Part shown: positions 42,382 through 57,950 of the stretch, piece by piece
How positions within the stretch are numbered: position 1 is the first letter of the stretch
Layout of the letters: each line of letters starts with the position of its first letter
From: the human T2T-CHM13v2.0 reference genome, Homo sapiens
NCBI RefSeq assembly: GCF_009914755.1
Contig: NC_060928.1
Length of the DNA stretch: 64,000 nt
Strand: one strand, 5' to 3'
Notes under the pieces: generated by a model
Seen by the model: the letters and a program-made list of their open reading frames with translations, nothing else
Told to the model about the DNA's origin: nothing
Databases searched by the model: none
Made by a program: the position numbers and the translations under genes

Positions 42382-42722
42382 TTTTCTAGAAGGTAGAAAT
42401 ATACAACATATACATTGTCTGTGTTTGTAAAACTCTTCTACAATTCCGTGGAATCTTTCATTTATTTTTTCAATAAAGGTTTATTGAACAGCTACACTAT
42501 AGTAACCATTTTTGCAGGTGCTAAGATTAGAGAAGTAAAAAAAAAATAAACTCTTCTGTTTTTAAGGATTTTATATATTGCTGCCTTTTGTCTCTCCCTC
42601 ATAGTGACAGTGACCACCATCACTGAGTCCCTTACTCCTTCATCTGCTAATGTCTCATTTACTTTGTTTTCATTGTTTTAAGATTTTGAAAATGTATTTT
42701 TAAAATCCTTGAAAAAAATCTT

Positions 42723-43040
42723 GGCTAGGCATGATGACTCATGCTTGTAATCCCAGTGCTTTGGGAGGCTGTGGAGAGAGGATAACTTGAGTCCAGGAGT
42801 TCACGACCAGCCTGGGTAACAAAGAAAGATCCCTTCTCTACAAGAATTTTAAAAAATTAGCCAAGTGCTGTGGCACATGCTTGTAGTCTTTACTACTTGG
42901 GAGGCTGAGGTGGGAGGATTGCTTGAACCCAGGAGGTAGAAGCTGCTGTGAGCTATAATCATGACACTGCAATTCAGCGTGGGTGACAAGAGATTCTGTC
43001 TCAAAAAACAAAAACAAAAACAAAACAAACAAACAAAAAA
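42723..43040 (+). mobile_element. AluJ with (CAAA)n tail and decayed TSD cttgaaa.aaaatctt
   Basis: ggaggctgaggtgggaggattgcttgaacccagg; gctgtgagctataatc. Confidence 0.93.
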
Positions 43041-44659
43041 CTTGAAATAAAATCTTTAAGAAAAAAAGACTCATCAATTTTATTCTATAGCGATAGTAAA
43101 CAGAATCAGTTCTTCAATTCTGATAAACTTTATTTTTATTCAAATACATCTGACTTTATATATATGCCTCAAATTTTTATTACAAATATTTCCAGGGTTC
43201 TCTGCATATCTACATATGCCTTAGCAGATGACCTGTCCTGTTCAGAATAAAGTCTGAATTGTGGAAAATAGGTCAGTCAGGCAAATAGATATTGGAGAGT
43301 TTTTAGTAGCCAATTTTGATTTCCCATACATGTATGCATTTTATTAAAAGTATATTGACATTTATCAAGAAGTAAGTCCATGATCCTCTAATTGGAGAGT
43401 AAAATGATAAAATAGTAAAAGGAACTGGGAAAAATATCAGTAAAATTATTAAATATCTAGAATTTAGAAAATTGTGAGAGAACATAGTGTTGGATGTAAG
43501 AGAAAGTTTAAATGATCTAATGCTACAACAATTTGAGAGAAATATATTTGCACATATATATCAGCATAATTATATCGAATTTGTGAGACTTTTCATTGTT
43601 ATTAATTGGACAGTTTCTTCAAGTTGACTGTAAAACACTTCCAGGAAAAGTAGTTCTCTAAAAGTAAAAATAACTCTAAGCTAGGAGAAGATCTGAGATA
43701 ACAATTCCTACTCTTCCACTCAACTTTCACAAGTTGTGCAGTATCTATTGATGTGTTTTGAATTTTTCAAAATTTTTGTAATGATACTCTATATACAAAT
43801 TTGTGAAAGACTAATTGGTACCATATTAAATATACTTTGTAAAATATTACATAATTTTAGGTAGACATTGTGTTTTCAAAAAATATAACATTTTAAATTT
43901 CTTTTATTCTAATTTTCTCTCCCTAGCTTATCTAGCCAATTTAAATGCAATTCTTACCAAATGATAATGACCTAATATTGCATCTTTAGCATTTTCTTTA
44001 TCACAAATTTATAACCAAGAAAACAATCAACTACGTTGTAAAAATATGACGGATATCTACATAAGGAAATAATCCTAAAGTAATCTGCTAAACACTTGAG
44101 ACAGAAAAAAATAAATAAATAATAGATAGTTATAGGACAGGATGACATAACAAGAAAGTTAATTAAGAAAAACTAGTGATGAACTTATAAGCATAATTTG
44201 ACAAACTGCAATACAGATAACTTGTCTTTGAATTGGCAGCCCAAACTTTTACAGTATTTTGTGTTAAGGTCTGTGAAGACCTACTGGTATTTGTGAATAT
44301 GAACTTGGATCACAATAATTTTTCCTAAATTGATGTGGAGAAACATTTCTTAGTCATTACGTTTAACTTTCAATCAAACCAAGTATTACCGTTTATGAAA
44401 AATAATGTACCTTGGAAATGAATCTGAAGAAGCAGTTTTTCTTATTAAATCAACATTTACGAAATTAGCATTAATTAATTTGAAATGAAGCAAGTTTTAT
44501 AATCAACCATTGTATACATGTCTATGTAATTGACTGGGATGCTTATTTGACAAAAACATTCTAAAAGCCCAAATAAATTCAAAATCTACTTGTTGACACA
44601 CACATATTATATAAACAGTATATTTTCCATGCATAAAATTTTGCTTTTGTTATTTCTCT

Positions 44660-44820
44660 GTTCTCAGCTTAGCCTCAAGTCTTTGCAGTTGCTGTTTCCA
44701 TATCCTGCAATGCTCTGGATCGCCTAGATCTTTATATGGTTTGCTACCTCACACTATTTGTCTCTGATAAAATGTCATTTCCTCAAACATTTCTTCTCTG
44801 ACTGTCCTTGCAAATACTCA
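44660..44820 (+). mobile_element. L2 fragment
   Basis: gtctttgcagttgctgtttcc...aatgctct; aaatgtcatttcctca...ttctctgac. Confidence 0.55.
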
Positions 44821-44939
44821 AGTCAGCTTCCTCATGACAATTATTCACTTGAATAAAGACAACCATGAGTTTTCTCATGTACAAGATAAATATCCTTAAT
44901 TCCATTACCCAGTCTTTAATGGTTAGGAATATTCTCATC

Positions 44940-45140
44940 ATTCCTTGTTCTTCAAATTGTCATTGTACCTCTTAAAATAAATATCTAAAATTGAATAAAG
45001 TATCATGTATGGCATGGCCAGTAAAGGGCAGAAGAGAACTGTTACCTTCCTCATTTTAAATGCTTGAATTCTTTAATATATCTTGAGATTTCATTAGCAT
45101 GTTTGTCAAATATATCTTCTTGTTGACTCACACTAAGAAT
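44940..45140 (-). mobile_element. L3/CR1 LINE fragment
   Basis: actgttaccttcctcatt...gatttcattagc...tgttgactcacactaag resembles the antisense L3 RT 3' region. Confidence 0.55.
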
Positions 45141-46159
45141 ATTGAAAATTATGTACCTAAATAATGCTATAATAGTAAGCCACATTTTTCTCTCTTGATT
45201 TATACTTTTAACTAAATTTTACTTTTTCTTTCAATGACTATTTTAAATGTTGGCCAATGTATATAAAATAAAATAATATATAATTTGACATCAAATTAAC
45301 TAGAAACATTAACTTTATCCTAATAACTAAGAACCCCTAGGTTCTTAAAGGAAACATTTATTGTTTCATTTGGTTCCTCAAGTGACAATTCTATATTCTC
45401 TTATCACAACAATTGTTTTATGACCTAATGAACAGAATAAATTTGCCAGAAACACTAGTTAAAAACTAAAATTAGTTAACAAATCTTGAATTATATTGTA
45501 GTATTAGAATAACACTACATTTTTAATTAATGTTACTATTTATACTTGAGAAATGTTATTAACTAAGATGTTGGAATAATGAGCTTTTCACACCTCAAAG
45601 CTCAGTGGAGAGTTTGGCTGTAGAGGAAAATCAATTCATTATAAAATTATCTTCTAAGCAACTAGAAGCTGTTAATAAAATAAATCATCATAGTATTTTC
45701 AGAACCATGAAGCTGCTCATGCAACAGTGATGAAGTGAAAAATAATTGGCGTTTATGCATGTTTCATACTCGAATGGGCTTTACCTGCTGTTTCAATTTT
45801 GATATTGGAGAAAGAACCAAAAAATAATAATCAAAACGTATAGTTTAATTATTGGAAACCACTTTGAGATGTTCTAAATATCCTAAAGAAAAGGTAACTC
45901 CTTAGTGAATTAAGGAGTTTTTGTTTTCCTTAGTGAAAAGTTAACTCCTTAGCTAAAATCTTAATAAATTATAGGTTTTTTTTTAGATGCTAGGTTCCAA
46001 TAGGTACACTCAGGCAAACAATTACATTAATATTGTCAAAGAGAAATGACATTTGATATCTTTACTGTCCACCTTGATTCCAGGACTCTGCGTGCTTGAC
46101 AGAATCTGTGTATTCGCTATCTGTCTTTCCTCTTTTTCAAAGTTCGTTTGTTTCATGCT

Positions 46160-46506
46160 CCAGTTACATGGATAATGGAGAAGGAAAAAATTTTATGACT
46201 CACAGCATGGTAGATAACATAAGCTTCATATTTACATCAATCCTCCTTCCTCTTCAAATATCAGAAGTGTAATATGTAGGCAGGCCAAGCTGAATGCTGC
46301 ACGCACACTAGGTTTATGGCACAGCTGAAGAAATTCAAGCTTAGGTAACCTTGATCTTTTGATGGGAGTTGCTAGTGAAACTGACCAATTATTTACCCTA
46401 GAGGAAGACTTTGTACAGCTGTTTAATTCACAAACATCCTTAGTCTGGATATCTGATATAAGACTTGCAGCAACTGGAGGGACCTATTGAAAATCATGTC
46501 TCAACA
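46160..46506 (-). mobile_element. Old ERVL-class LTR remnant (family not resolved)
   Basis: tttatgactcacagcatgg...gaatgctgcacgcacac...cacagctgaagaa; ends ctcaaca. Confidence 0.5.
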
Positions 46507-46620
46507 CTCTTAGGAGTTAAGATTTAGCCAGAGACCTGAATGGCAAAAAAGATCCAGCCACTGATAATCAGAGAAAGCCTCCTGAGGAATGAATGCAACT
46601 GTTGCAAAGGTCCTACGGAG

Positions 46621-46651
<31 letters not shown>

Positions 46652-46760
46652 CAGAAAACAAAAAAACTGAAGATTTAGGGAAACAGAAAGATATCATAGG
46701 CCACAGGTGAAGTCTAATACGTGATTTCAAAGTGGTTGATAGGGGTCAGATTTTATAAAA

Positions 46761-46900
46761 CAAGACTTCTCAAATTTTAATACTCATAATCACATGGGAA
46801 GAGGTTCTTGTTAAAATGCTGATTCTATTTAAGTAGATCTGGGGCAGGGTGTAAAATTCTGCATTCTAACAATGTCCAGTGAGAAATGATTGTGGTGTAC
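46761..46900. mobile_element. MER5A/B hAT MITE
   Basis: cttctcaaattttaat...cttgttaaaatgctgattct...agtagatctggggcaggg...attctgcattctaacaa. Confidence 0.75.
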
Positions 46901-48330
46901 GGTAGTGATCGAGGCAGAGAATACTGGGCTGATACAATTTAGCACACATTATGCAAACAGATATAATCAATGGAATAGATATGGATGGTAATGAATGAAA
47001 TAGACGTAGATTGTGAGGGAACAAAATGGATACAGAGGATAAAGGGAATAGAGTCGTAAAGGAAAACTCCTAGGTATTTTGACTTTAAAATTGTATATAT
47101 TATAGCATAATTCTTTGAGATAGGAAAGACAGGAAAAAAGCATCCTGAGTGTATGTGGGTGAATATGAGAATTAAGTGTTCTATTTGAAGAAGAAATGTG
47201 AACCTACAAGAAATTCAAGTGTGTAAGTCAAGTAATCAAGTAGATGGTATACACATTTGCAGTGATAAAGGTCATTAACATATAGGTACATATAGCTATT
47301 ACGTAAGTTATAGAATTAAGTTAAACTATCTAGGAAATTGAGGAGTAAAGAAGATCTAAACAATACTCAGAGCTTTTAAAGTTTTAACAAGGAAGAAACC
47401 AGAGAAAGGGTCCCATATGAAGCAGGAAACAGTCTTCTTTGATGGCATTAACAAGAGCACTTGGTGCACTTTTTGAAACAGGAAATTCAGTGAAGTTAGT
47501 TAAGGAGAAAACGGGAGGGACAGAAGTAGGGACAGCAAGATATAGTTTTTTTCTTTAAGCTTTGTTCTAAAGGTTCACTGTAAGAAAATAATTGTAGTTA
47601 AAAGGGGATATAAGCAAAAGTGAGAACTTCTTTACTCTTGTTTTATGATAGAAGACATTAAAGCATCTTGGCACGTGAGGGGATTGATCAAGTACAATGA
47701 GAGTATTTGATGCTCTTCAGAGGAGATAATTAGATTTAGGAAGTTTCTAGCATAGCAAAAGGGAATATGATGCTGATAAGGCACATAGATTTGAAAGCAG
47801 AGGCAAAGGATTCATTGTAACAGGAAGGAGGGCAAACCTTGATTGTTGTCATTTAAATGATATATTGGTTTCTTGTGATTTTTCCTCTTTTATTGAAGTA
47901 CAAGGCAATATCATCATTTGAGTAGAAGAATGGGGGATATTTAATGGTTAAGGAAATACAAAACAGTTGCTTTGGAGACTGAGGGAGCAAAGTCATGAAA
48001 AAATATGTGGTACCACTGAGCAATATTTGTCGATTTGACATTTTTGGTTGTTAATTTAAAGTAAGCCTGGTCAATTTTTGGGGTATCTGATTGTTTATTT
48101 CCCCAGAAATGTTTAACTGCATGCATACATGAAGAAGAAAGTAGGTGGGTTTTTACCAGGAGTAAGGCTATTGGATGAGAGAAAGGCAAAGGAATGAACA
48201 CACTCACAAGATTCAGTTTTGATAATAAGCTGTGTAGGCCATGGAGTCCAGATGGTGTAAGGGCAGAAGTTAGAACTTCAGAGAATTAAATTTACTGAGG
48301 GTGTTGAGTTGGAGAATTTAAAAGCAATGG
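46900..48330 (-). mobile_element. L2 fragment
   Basis: Purine-rich antisense L2 motifs: aactcctaggtattttgac, cagaagtagggacagcaa, gggattgatcaagta. Confidence 0.55.
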
Positions 48331-49738
48331 AATTTGTTTAGTCAGTTAACTGTTACTTATTTCATTTCTGACTAGTCCAGCTATGATAGATTAAACACTG
48401 GTCGTCTAACAAGAAAACATAAAGCTACTTTTTTACAAGCTCGTTGAGAAGATTTACTCTACGTTAAAAGTCAATTATTTCTTATGTAATTTAGGACTAC
48501 TGAAGGTCATACAGTTACCATGAGGAATTAGCATAATATCCAAATAACTTGTTAAACCTATACATTACTTGCATTAGTATTGCCTTTATACTCAAGCAAG
48601 AAAGGCCTGGAATTTTTGAGGACATAATTCATAAGCACAAACCGAAAAAATATACTTATTAAGGAGGATAAAGGTATTTCTTTCATAGTTATGGCACTCA
48701 GCACTTGGCAGAGCAACATCTATAAAATCTACACATCTACTGTAGTGGTAACACCTTTCCGTCTCTAAGAAGGCAGTCTTCCATATAGGACAAGAGTCCT
48801 GTGACCTCATAACAAACTGCAACTGCTTCTGACTGTCATGAAGTTTGTATATTGCATTCCTGCCAATGTTAGAGATAGATATTGATTCAGAGTGTATGTA
48901 GGATTTGAGTGATGGATGTGCTTAGATAGGAGGAAAGACAAATTAATTAACTTGTCAAATCCTTCTTCTCAGACAGCAAGAATGCAATAGATTCTTGCAT
49001 AATTAGGTATTGATTCCCAGTAGTTCCAAACATCTGTTTCCTTGCTTATCTTGATGTTCCCATTTGTGATTTCAGAGGAACTCATAAATTAGAAATGGTT
49101 TTCACAACAATGGCAAACGGAGGCTGATGTACATTTGTAATATTAAACAATTTATCTTACTCTTGAAATTGTCTATGCTCTTTAGACATAACATGCATGA
49201 AGTGCATCACCATTCTTTATACTGTCAGGTAGATGACTTTGAAACTTAGAATTGGAAGCAGTTTTACTGTAAAATGCTGTTGATGACATTTAGATGAATG
49301 TATACAATAAAATTAATTTTATGTAAATAAATTTTCACATTTTAATTATATTATATTGTCTTTTAATTTTAACAGATACATTTTACCAATTTCAAAGAAA
49401 AACGCCAATTAAAAGTACAAACAAAATAATCTTTATTAATGCAAACACTTGTATTTAATTTACATATTTATAAAAATAATTAAAAGTTGAAATATTGGAC
49501 ATACACTTTATTTTTAAGCATTCAGAAAATTGAGAATAAGTCATGATAGAATATGGCTCATGATAGAATTGAAAAATATAAAAATGTACCTCAGGCAGGG
49601 GAAAATAAAGTTGAAATTAAAAAGTGAGATAATCCTTAGAGAGCAAGACATACAAATTTGTGAACGAAATTAACAATTTCTCACCCTGTTACGAGCACTT
49701 TATCACTATCAGAAGAGCAATGTCTAAAGATACCATAT

Positions 49739-50093
49739 TGTCTTAGTTCATTTTGTGCTGCACTAACAGAATATCAGAGACTGAGTAATTTATAATGAAT
49801 AACAATTTATTGGCTCACAGTTTTGGATGCTGTGAAGTCTAAGATCGAGGGACTGACATCTGGTGAAGGCCTTCCTGCTGCATCATCCCATAGTGGAAGG
49901 GCAAAAGAGGGAAAGAGAAAGCGAGAGAGTGAACTCACAGCCTCAAGGCATTTTATAATTGCTATTAATCCATTCATAAGTGTAGAGGTCTCATGACCAA
50001 AATACTTCCCGTTAGGCCCCATTTCCCAATACTGTTACATTAGAAATTAAGTTTCCAGCCCATGCTTTCTGGAGGACACATTCAAATCACAGA
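49739..50093 (-). mobile_element. MST (MSTB/C/D-like) MaLR solo LTR
   Basis: tgtcttagttcattttgtgctgc...gtaatttataatgaa; catctggtgaaggccttcctgctgcatcatcccat; ggacacattcaaa. Confidence 0.88.
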
Positions 50094-50465
50094 AATGGAA
50101 TTGAATTCTAAGTATTAGGATTTTGTGGAATCATAAAAAAAAAAACAACCGTGGCTTGGTTATCCAAGGTAATAAACATTCCATGAAGAAGAATCTACAT
50201 TTATCTCACATTCAGAGAATGCAGCTGAATGTTTATCTTTTATTAAAGTTTATTTTTAAACTCATAAGAATCTAACACATTTTATAAAAATAATATCTAT
50301 AATACTGAGTAGAGATATTTGACATAATTTACATCATCTAGTAACTTTGACTAGAAATAAGAATAGATACTGTATCCTTCACACTAAAACATGGTAAGTA
50401 AAAGCTCTTTTAAGCAAACACAATTTATTATTTGACTTAACAATATTGGTTTATTGGTAGGCATA

Positions 50466-51318
<853 letters not shown>

Positions 51319-52199
51319 ATGCATTCTAACAAATGCTACTTTTTTGTTAAAACTCACCCCAATTGAATAAATTCCCAGGTGGCAACACAGACTCTTGAGG
51401 CTAATTCCCTGCTCTTTCATAACTAATTTTATTGATAGGTGTTAGTTTCTACTTTCCGACAATTTAAATTCTTCCCAAATATTTATGGAGTTGACCTCAC
51501 ACCTTGAAGAAGCTTGAATGTATCTCATACCTTGAAGAAGCTTGAATATTATCAAAATCCCCTGGGTCCTGACAGATGACTTTAGTGTATGGCTTTGCTA
51601 TCAGCATTGTAGGGCATATATGCAAAACAAAAGAACATTAGCCTGTGAAGTGAAGATGAAATGCTATCTGAATTAAGAGGCAGTGTGATTTGCAGACAAG
51701 CAATGTGTTAAATCCCGGATTTAAGCAGGAATGTATTTTCAACCAAAAGTTAACTTTGTAAGACAAAGAATTTAAAAAATGCTAAACGTGTATTTCCGCT
51801 GTCAGACTAAACTATATGTAACTCAAAAGATACCTATTTCTAAGCTCAGTTTTTAATGTATAAAATCTTACGAATAAGCCATAACATTTTACTTTAATCT
51901 ATGATAAATAATATATTAACATGTATATATTTTTGAAGTGTTATTACAGGTATTATTATCTATCTTAATACACATGCAATCCTCAATAAAACAATGTATT
52001 TTTAATGTATAGTCAACTGACTATAAATTGTAAACATGTAAAATTAGATTCTAAAATAAAGTGTACCAATGAAGGTAACAACTATCGGTGACAGGTGTTT
52101 CCATTCATGCTGATATGGCCATTTCTGCCACAAATTGGAATTAAACTTTCAAGTAAATCATACTGATCCTTTTTGACTTAAGAGTTCATTCTTACCTTA

Positions 52200-52930
52200 C
52201 TTATTTCTTGATCATTTTATACAATACTGTGACACTATTTTAATTTGCTTCCAGGTCTCCCTTTCTTCTCTCTTTAATCCTTCTCTTATGTTTTTTGTCA
52301 GAATTTCCTTCCCTAACACAGATCTGATTTTGTCATTTAACTTTTTAAAAATCCCCCATGATTCTCAATTGCTTAGAATGGAATTCAAATTTCCTAGCAA
52401 ACAATTAAAAAACTTCCATAATTTGAACCTGATATTTTTTCCAGGATTATAGCCAATTCAGTCCTCAAATATTGGATTCAAAGTGCTCATCATCTACTGA
52501 AAATGCTGTGCATTTTTATATCTATGTATATTGCTCATGCTGTTACTTCATCCTTCTCACCTTGCTCAGGTTGATGATATCTTATTCCTGATTCAAATTT
52601 CAATTCAAATGTTACATCATATACAAATACTTCTCTGACCCTAATATTTAGAATCAAACTCTCCCACTGCTGCTCTTTGATGGAAACCTTCTGAGGTAAG
52701 TACTCCACTCTCTTCTGCACTTTACCTTCTGTGTTCTCTCATTTTCTATTTTCCTCTTCACCAAAGAGCACATAGCTTTACAGGTACACACATAGGAACC
52801 AACATAAAATGCAAACGTTATCTTATGATATTCTTCAGCAAAAAAAAATTACTCTTATTTTTTTTTCTTTCCACAGAACCAAGCGTAGTTCTCAGCCGTG
52901 TTTCCTGTAGTGCATATTTCTGAATCACTT
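52200..52930 (+). mobile_element. L2 fragment
   Basis: ccaggtctccct; acacagatctgattttgtca; ttcaaatgttacatc...cttctctgaccc. Confidence 0.6.
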
Positions 52931-53287
52931 GAATAGAAGAGAGAGGATGAAGGGGCCCAGGTCACAATAGGCATAGAGATATAGAAAAAAAATTGTTTAT
53001 GGTTGGAAATATAAACTTTGTGATACAACAAAGGGTATTTATCTCTGCATTTTTAACTGTCTGTAAAATATTTAAATATATTTTCATAATATTTTGGAAA
53101 AAAGTATCTATAGATACTGTGATACCATGCAGTCAACCAAATAGTATCATTGTCATTTGAATAATAGATCCATGAAAAATCATACGCACTTCAATCCACT
53201 GATAAAATGTGGCATTCTAATCTTATTAAAGATTTTCATTAAGGCAGAAATTTCAAAACCAAAAGCAGGACAGGAAGAAAGGCATGG

Positions 53288-53755
53288 TGTGATGGTTAAT
53301 ACTGAGTGTCAACTTGATTGAAGTATCGGATTGCTAAGTATTGATCATGGGTGTGTCTGTGAGGGTGTTGCCAAAGGAGATTAACATTTGAGTCAGTGGC
53401 CTGAGGAAGGCAGACCTATCCTTAATCTGGGTGGGGACCATCTAATCAGCTTCCAGCGAATATAAAGCAGGCAGAAAAATGTAAAAAAAGCAAGACTGGC
53501 TTAGCCTCCCAGCCTACATCTTTCTCCCATACTGGATGCTTCCTGCCCTCAAACATCGGACTCCAAGTTCTTCCGCTTTGGGACTTGGACTGGCTTCTTT
53601 GCTCCTCAGCTTGCAGATGGCCTACTGTGGGACCTATGATCTTGTGATTTAATACTAGCTAATAAATTCCCATATACATATATACACGTGTATATATATA
53701 TATATATGTATATCTCCTATTAGTTCTTTTCCTCTGGAGAACTCTGACTAATACT
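53288..53755 (+). mobile_element. MLT2A1 (HERV-L) solo LTR with perfect 5-bp TSD CATGG
   Basis: tgtgatggttaatactgagtgtcaacttg; gggtgtgtctgtgagggtgttgccaaaggagattaacatttgagtcagtgg; internal (TA)n; CATGG at 53283-53287 and 53756-53760. Confidence 0.93.
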
Positions 53756-54610
53756 CATGGCCTTTATAATTTAAATGCTATCACAGACATTTTACATTTT
53801 AAATTTTAAAATGCTTCATTGGAAACTCTGGGGTTTTTTCTGTTAGTACTCCAACTATTCTCTTCAAAATGAAATTAGAAAGATAGCATCAATAAATCAT
53901 TTTAGTTGCATATATTACATGAATTGTTTTAAGGAATCATCCATTGTGTCTATCAATAAGCATATTTGCTTGTTAAAATTTTTAAAAAGTCATTGCCTTA
54001 TTTAGAAGCATCAATATTTGCAATCGAGGAAGCCGTATGGTTAGCATCAGAAATCCTACTTCAAGTCTATATATCTATTACCATTATTATCTTTGTTTCT
54101 TCTCAGGCTTGTTTTATTTAACAGATGATTTCATTGTAATATTTTAGTAAAGTCGATTTTTTAGCCCACTCTCAAATTTCGTATTTTAACTCTCTTTTGC
54201 ATAATTCAAGCCCACATTTTCATTACAATTTTTCAGTGCAAATAGAACATCAAACAGGCTAAAAAAATCTAACAGTTTAGGTAAGATTTCCCAATCCTAG
54301 ACAATAACTAAAATTGAGCTTGTTAGAATAAAACAGGTAGACAAATCATAACGTTAAAGTTGCTTGAAATTGTTATGATCAACTGTTTGATAAATGAGAA
54401 AACTAAGTTAACAGGCAACATAACTAACTTTCCTGAAATCCTAAACCTATAATTAAAACTTTAACCTTTTGTCTCTCTCTCTCAGTTGTCCTCGTCTAGC
54501 ACCAAACAAGCAATTTCCAAGAATCCATCTATTCTTGTTGTGCATAGCGCCGCTTATAAATTTCTGTAAAAAAATTTTCAACTTTGTTAGCTGATCACAC
54601 TTAAAAGTCA

Positions 54611-54985
<375 letters not shown>

Positions 54986-55199
54986 CTACAAGAGTTCCAG
55001 AGTAGCTCCTATTCCTGTATATTTTAAGGATAACAAAATTTCCTCTTCTAAATCTTACAATGTGCTTATCTTTTCCTCACAATATCAACTTGTCTTTGTA
55101 CCTCGATGATATAATAGAAGCAATTTAAATAGAAGCTCACATAATCAAATTCATAAATACACTAGAATTTGTTCATGCATTTTCTCTCTTTCATCCTGT

Positions 55200-56520
55200 T
55201 AGAAAAGCAGAAATCACTATGGTACTCTAAAAAGCCAAATCTTTTACATGTGCTCCTTCTCTATTCCCTTTTAACATGTGGCTATCAGTCATTTTTGTGT
55301 GTAGATATAAAAAACCTCACCATATCCTTGATTATTCTTATAATTATAAATTTCTAGTCTATAAATAAAACAAACAAAAATCACTGCCCCTTGTCTACCG
55401 AAGCCCTTCTAAGCTGTTTCTCCATTCCACTGCTTTCTTTCAATCCAGTCTCTAAAAAAGATAACTGCACTATTGACATTGCCACATTATATTCACCTTT
55501 CAGCAAATATCAGTCTGATTCATGTTTCCTCCATTCCACTAAAACCAGTATTTTCTACGTTGAAAAAGAATATTGTTTTCCCAAATCGACTACCTCTGTT
55601 TTTATTCTGCCCTAACACTCAGGAGCTTTCATGAAAATTTACATCTCTTTCCTACTGACATCATGTTTTACCTGTTTAATAAGTTTGCATTTGTGTGTGT
55701 TTTCTCTGGTCCCCATAAATGCTTATTTCTAAACTGCTGAATACACCATGGCTCCATTATGTTTTAGTGCCTGGTTCTTCAGTCTCGGGATCTGTCTTTC
55801 GTATCTTCAGTCTTTCCCAGAAGACTTCATCTGGTTCCACGGCTGAAACACCGTATCTGGTCTGACTACTAAAAGTATTCCTAGCCTTGAATCGTTCTCT
55901 GATTTATAGGTTTTTATGTTTAAGTATCTAACTGATCATTATCTTAAATGTAACATGTCCAGATAGTACATTTGACATGGCTTCCAAAACTTATTTTTTT
56001 CAATATTATTTTTCTATCTTGGTAAATGCCACTATTAGCCACCCAGTTGTTCAAGCTAAAAGTCTGTCACACTCACTTACTTCTCGTCTCGCCCTTCCTC
56101 TAATCCCTCAACCAGTTCTATTGTTTTCTACCTAGAAAACATATCTACATTGCTCTCACTTCCCTTCATAACCAACTTATCATGCCGGCATCATCTTTTG
56201 CCTAAACTTCTGAAATAGTCTTTCTTTCTAGTTTCTCCACAACTTATTTTCCAACATCTAGACCAGGTTTCACAAACTGGCTACAGCCCCACATCTTCCA
56301 CTTATTCAACATTAAGCCTACGTCATTCTTAAATGGTCCATGCTTTATACTAATGGGACCTGGGTTTTAAATTCCTGATCTAGAGTAATATTAAAAAGAT
56401 ATATATATATAATATGTAATTTTATATATTTTCTTTGACTTGGACATCATCCTCAGTTTCCCCCAGACTAATCTCAGTAAGTGTTTTTTTCCTCATATCT
56501 TGCTGTCTTCATCTTGTACC
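55200..56520 (+). mobile_element. L2 ORF2/3' fragments with a small hAT MITE-like insert at ~56260-56385
   Basis: atcttaaatgtaacatgtcca; taaatgccactattagccacccagttgttcaagctaaaa. The insert is flanked by tctaga on both sides. Confidence 0.65.
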
Positions 56521-57409
56521 TCTATTTAAAATTCATCAGTGACTTAATTAAACTCAAATACCACTCATAACCCAGCTGTCACAGCCAAGAACTCAGAAGC
56601 ATCTGGGAATACAAAAACAAAGCAAAATAGGCAGTGCAACCAAGCATTAAAAGGAATGGAATGGAGAATTCCTCTAGAGGTAGGGGATTACCACAAGAGA
56701 ACAATAATTTGGTGCTCTACCTAACTCAGAAGTATTTTGCAAGATCAAATTCCACCTGTAATTGTTTGGATGCTCTGGGAAATGCAGACAGCACTGTCTG
56801 GTGATCACAGTACATATTTCAATGTCTTAAAGGTAATTAGGCAAGTTGGGCTGCATTGTTTTTCAGCACATATTATGCAGAAGCACAGTGATTATAAGGC
56901 AATTTTATGTAAGCTGCATCCTTTAAATCATGTAAAACTTCTTTTTCCTGAAAGAAATGCCCCAAATATCAAACCACAACTCTATCACTAATTGTTATGG
57001 TTTCATGAGACATAGAAAAATGAAAAAAAATTGCCCTAGTTTCAACGAAAAATTTGAAGATAGACATTGAATTTTAATCAAAAACACCATTAGCATTTTC
57101 AAAAAACTCTGGCTTTGCAATACTTGAAGCTTAGACAATGATATGTAAAACCCTATTAATCAGACATAAAGCATGAGATTCTTATCTGCCGGACAGAGCA
57201 AATCAATTTTGCATCCAGTGACAAAACTGTTTATCAACCAACAAGCAATCTGGCAAGATACAAATGTTGACTACAAAATAGTATTTTGGTGGGGAGTTAG
57301 TTTTCTAGTAAAGGAAATTGTTTCCTAAAATACTGTGTTACTATTCTCATAAAATATTCCTAGATACTATATTGACCTCCAGAAGCAACAATAGAGCCCA
57401 ACAGTAAAG

Positions 57410-57620
57410 AACATATACTGTGTCATTTACTAGCTGTGTGAATTTCAGAAAATTACTTACATGCATGCCTCAGTTCCTCTTCTGTATAAGAAAAACAGTA
57501 AACTATAATGGCATTTGATCAGTAAAATTTTTTTGAAAAGTAAAACTAGTTAATATATTTAAAAAGCTTATAAAAACATCAGGTAAAGAGTATTAATGAG
57601 TGTTTACTGTAATTATTACT
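57410..57620 (+). mobile_element. MIR SINE
   Basis: catttactagctgtgtgaatttc...ttactta...gcctcagttcctcttctgtataa. Confidence 0.75.
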
Positions 57621-57779
57621 ATTTATTATGGTGACCATTGTTCCTATTGTTATCACTTAAATGGAGAATAAAATAATTTGATCCTGTTTCATATTAATTA
57701 TTAATATAAACAACTTTTTTATTATTGTATATTTTCACTGGTGTTACTATCTCTCGGTAGTTATAGAATTAAATACAAG

Positions 57780-57950
57780 TAAAATATATTAAGCATTTTA
57801 CATACTTTAGAAAATCTGGCTTACTCTAATTCTCCCAATAACTTGTGTTGTATGTAATATATCCATTTTTATCTTCAAATGAGTTTTCTAAGTTAAAAAA
57901 ATTAAGGAACCTGGTTAAAACATTCAGAATTTTGACTCCAAATCTGAATT
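57780..57950 (-). mobile_element. MIR fragment
   Basis: ctaattctcccaataac...atccattttt...ttttgactccaaa. Confidence 0.45.
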
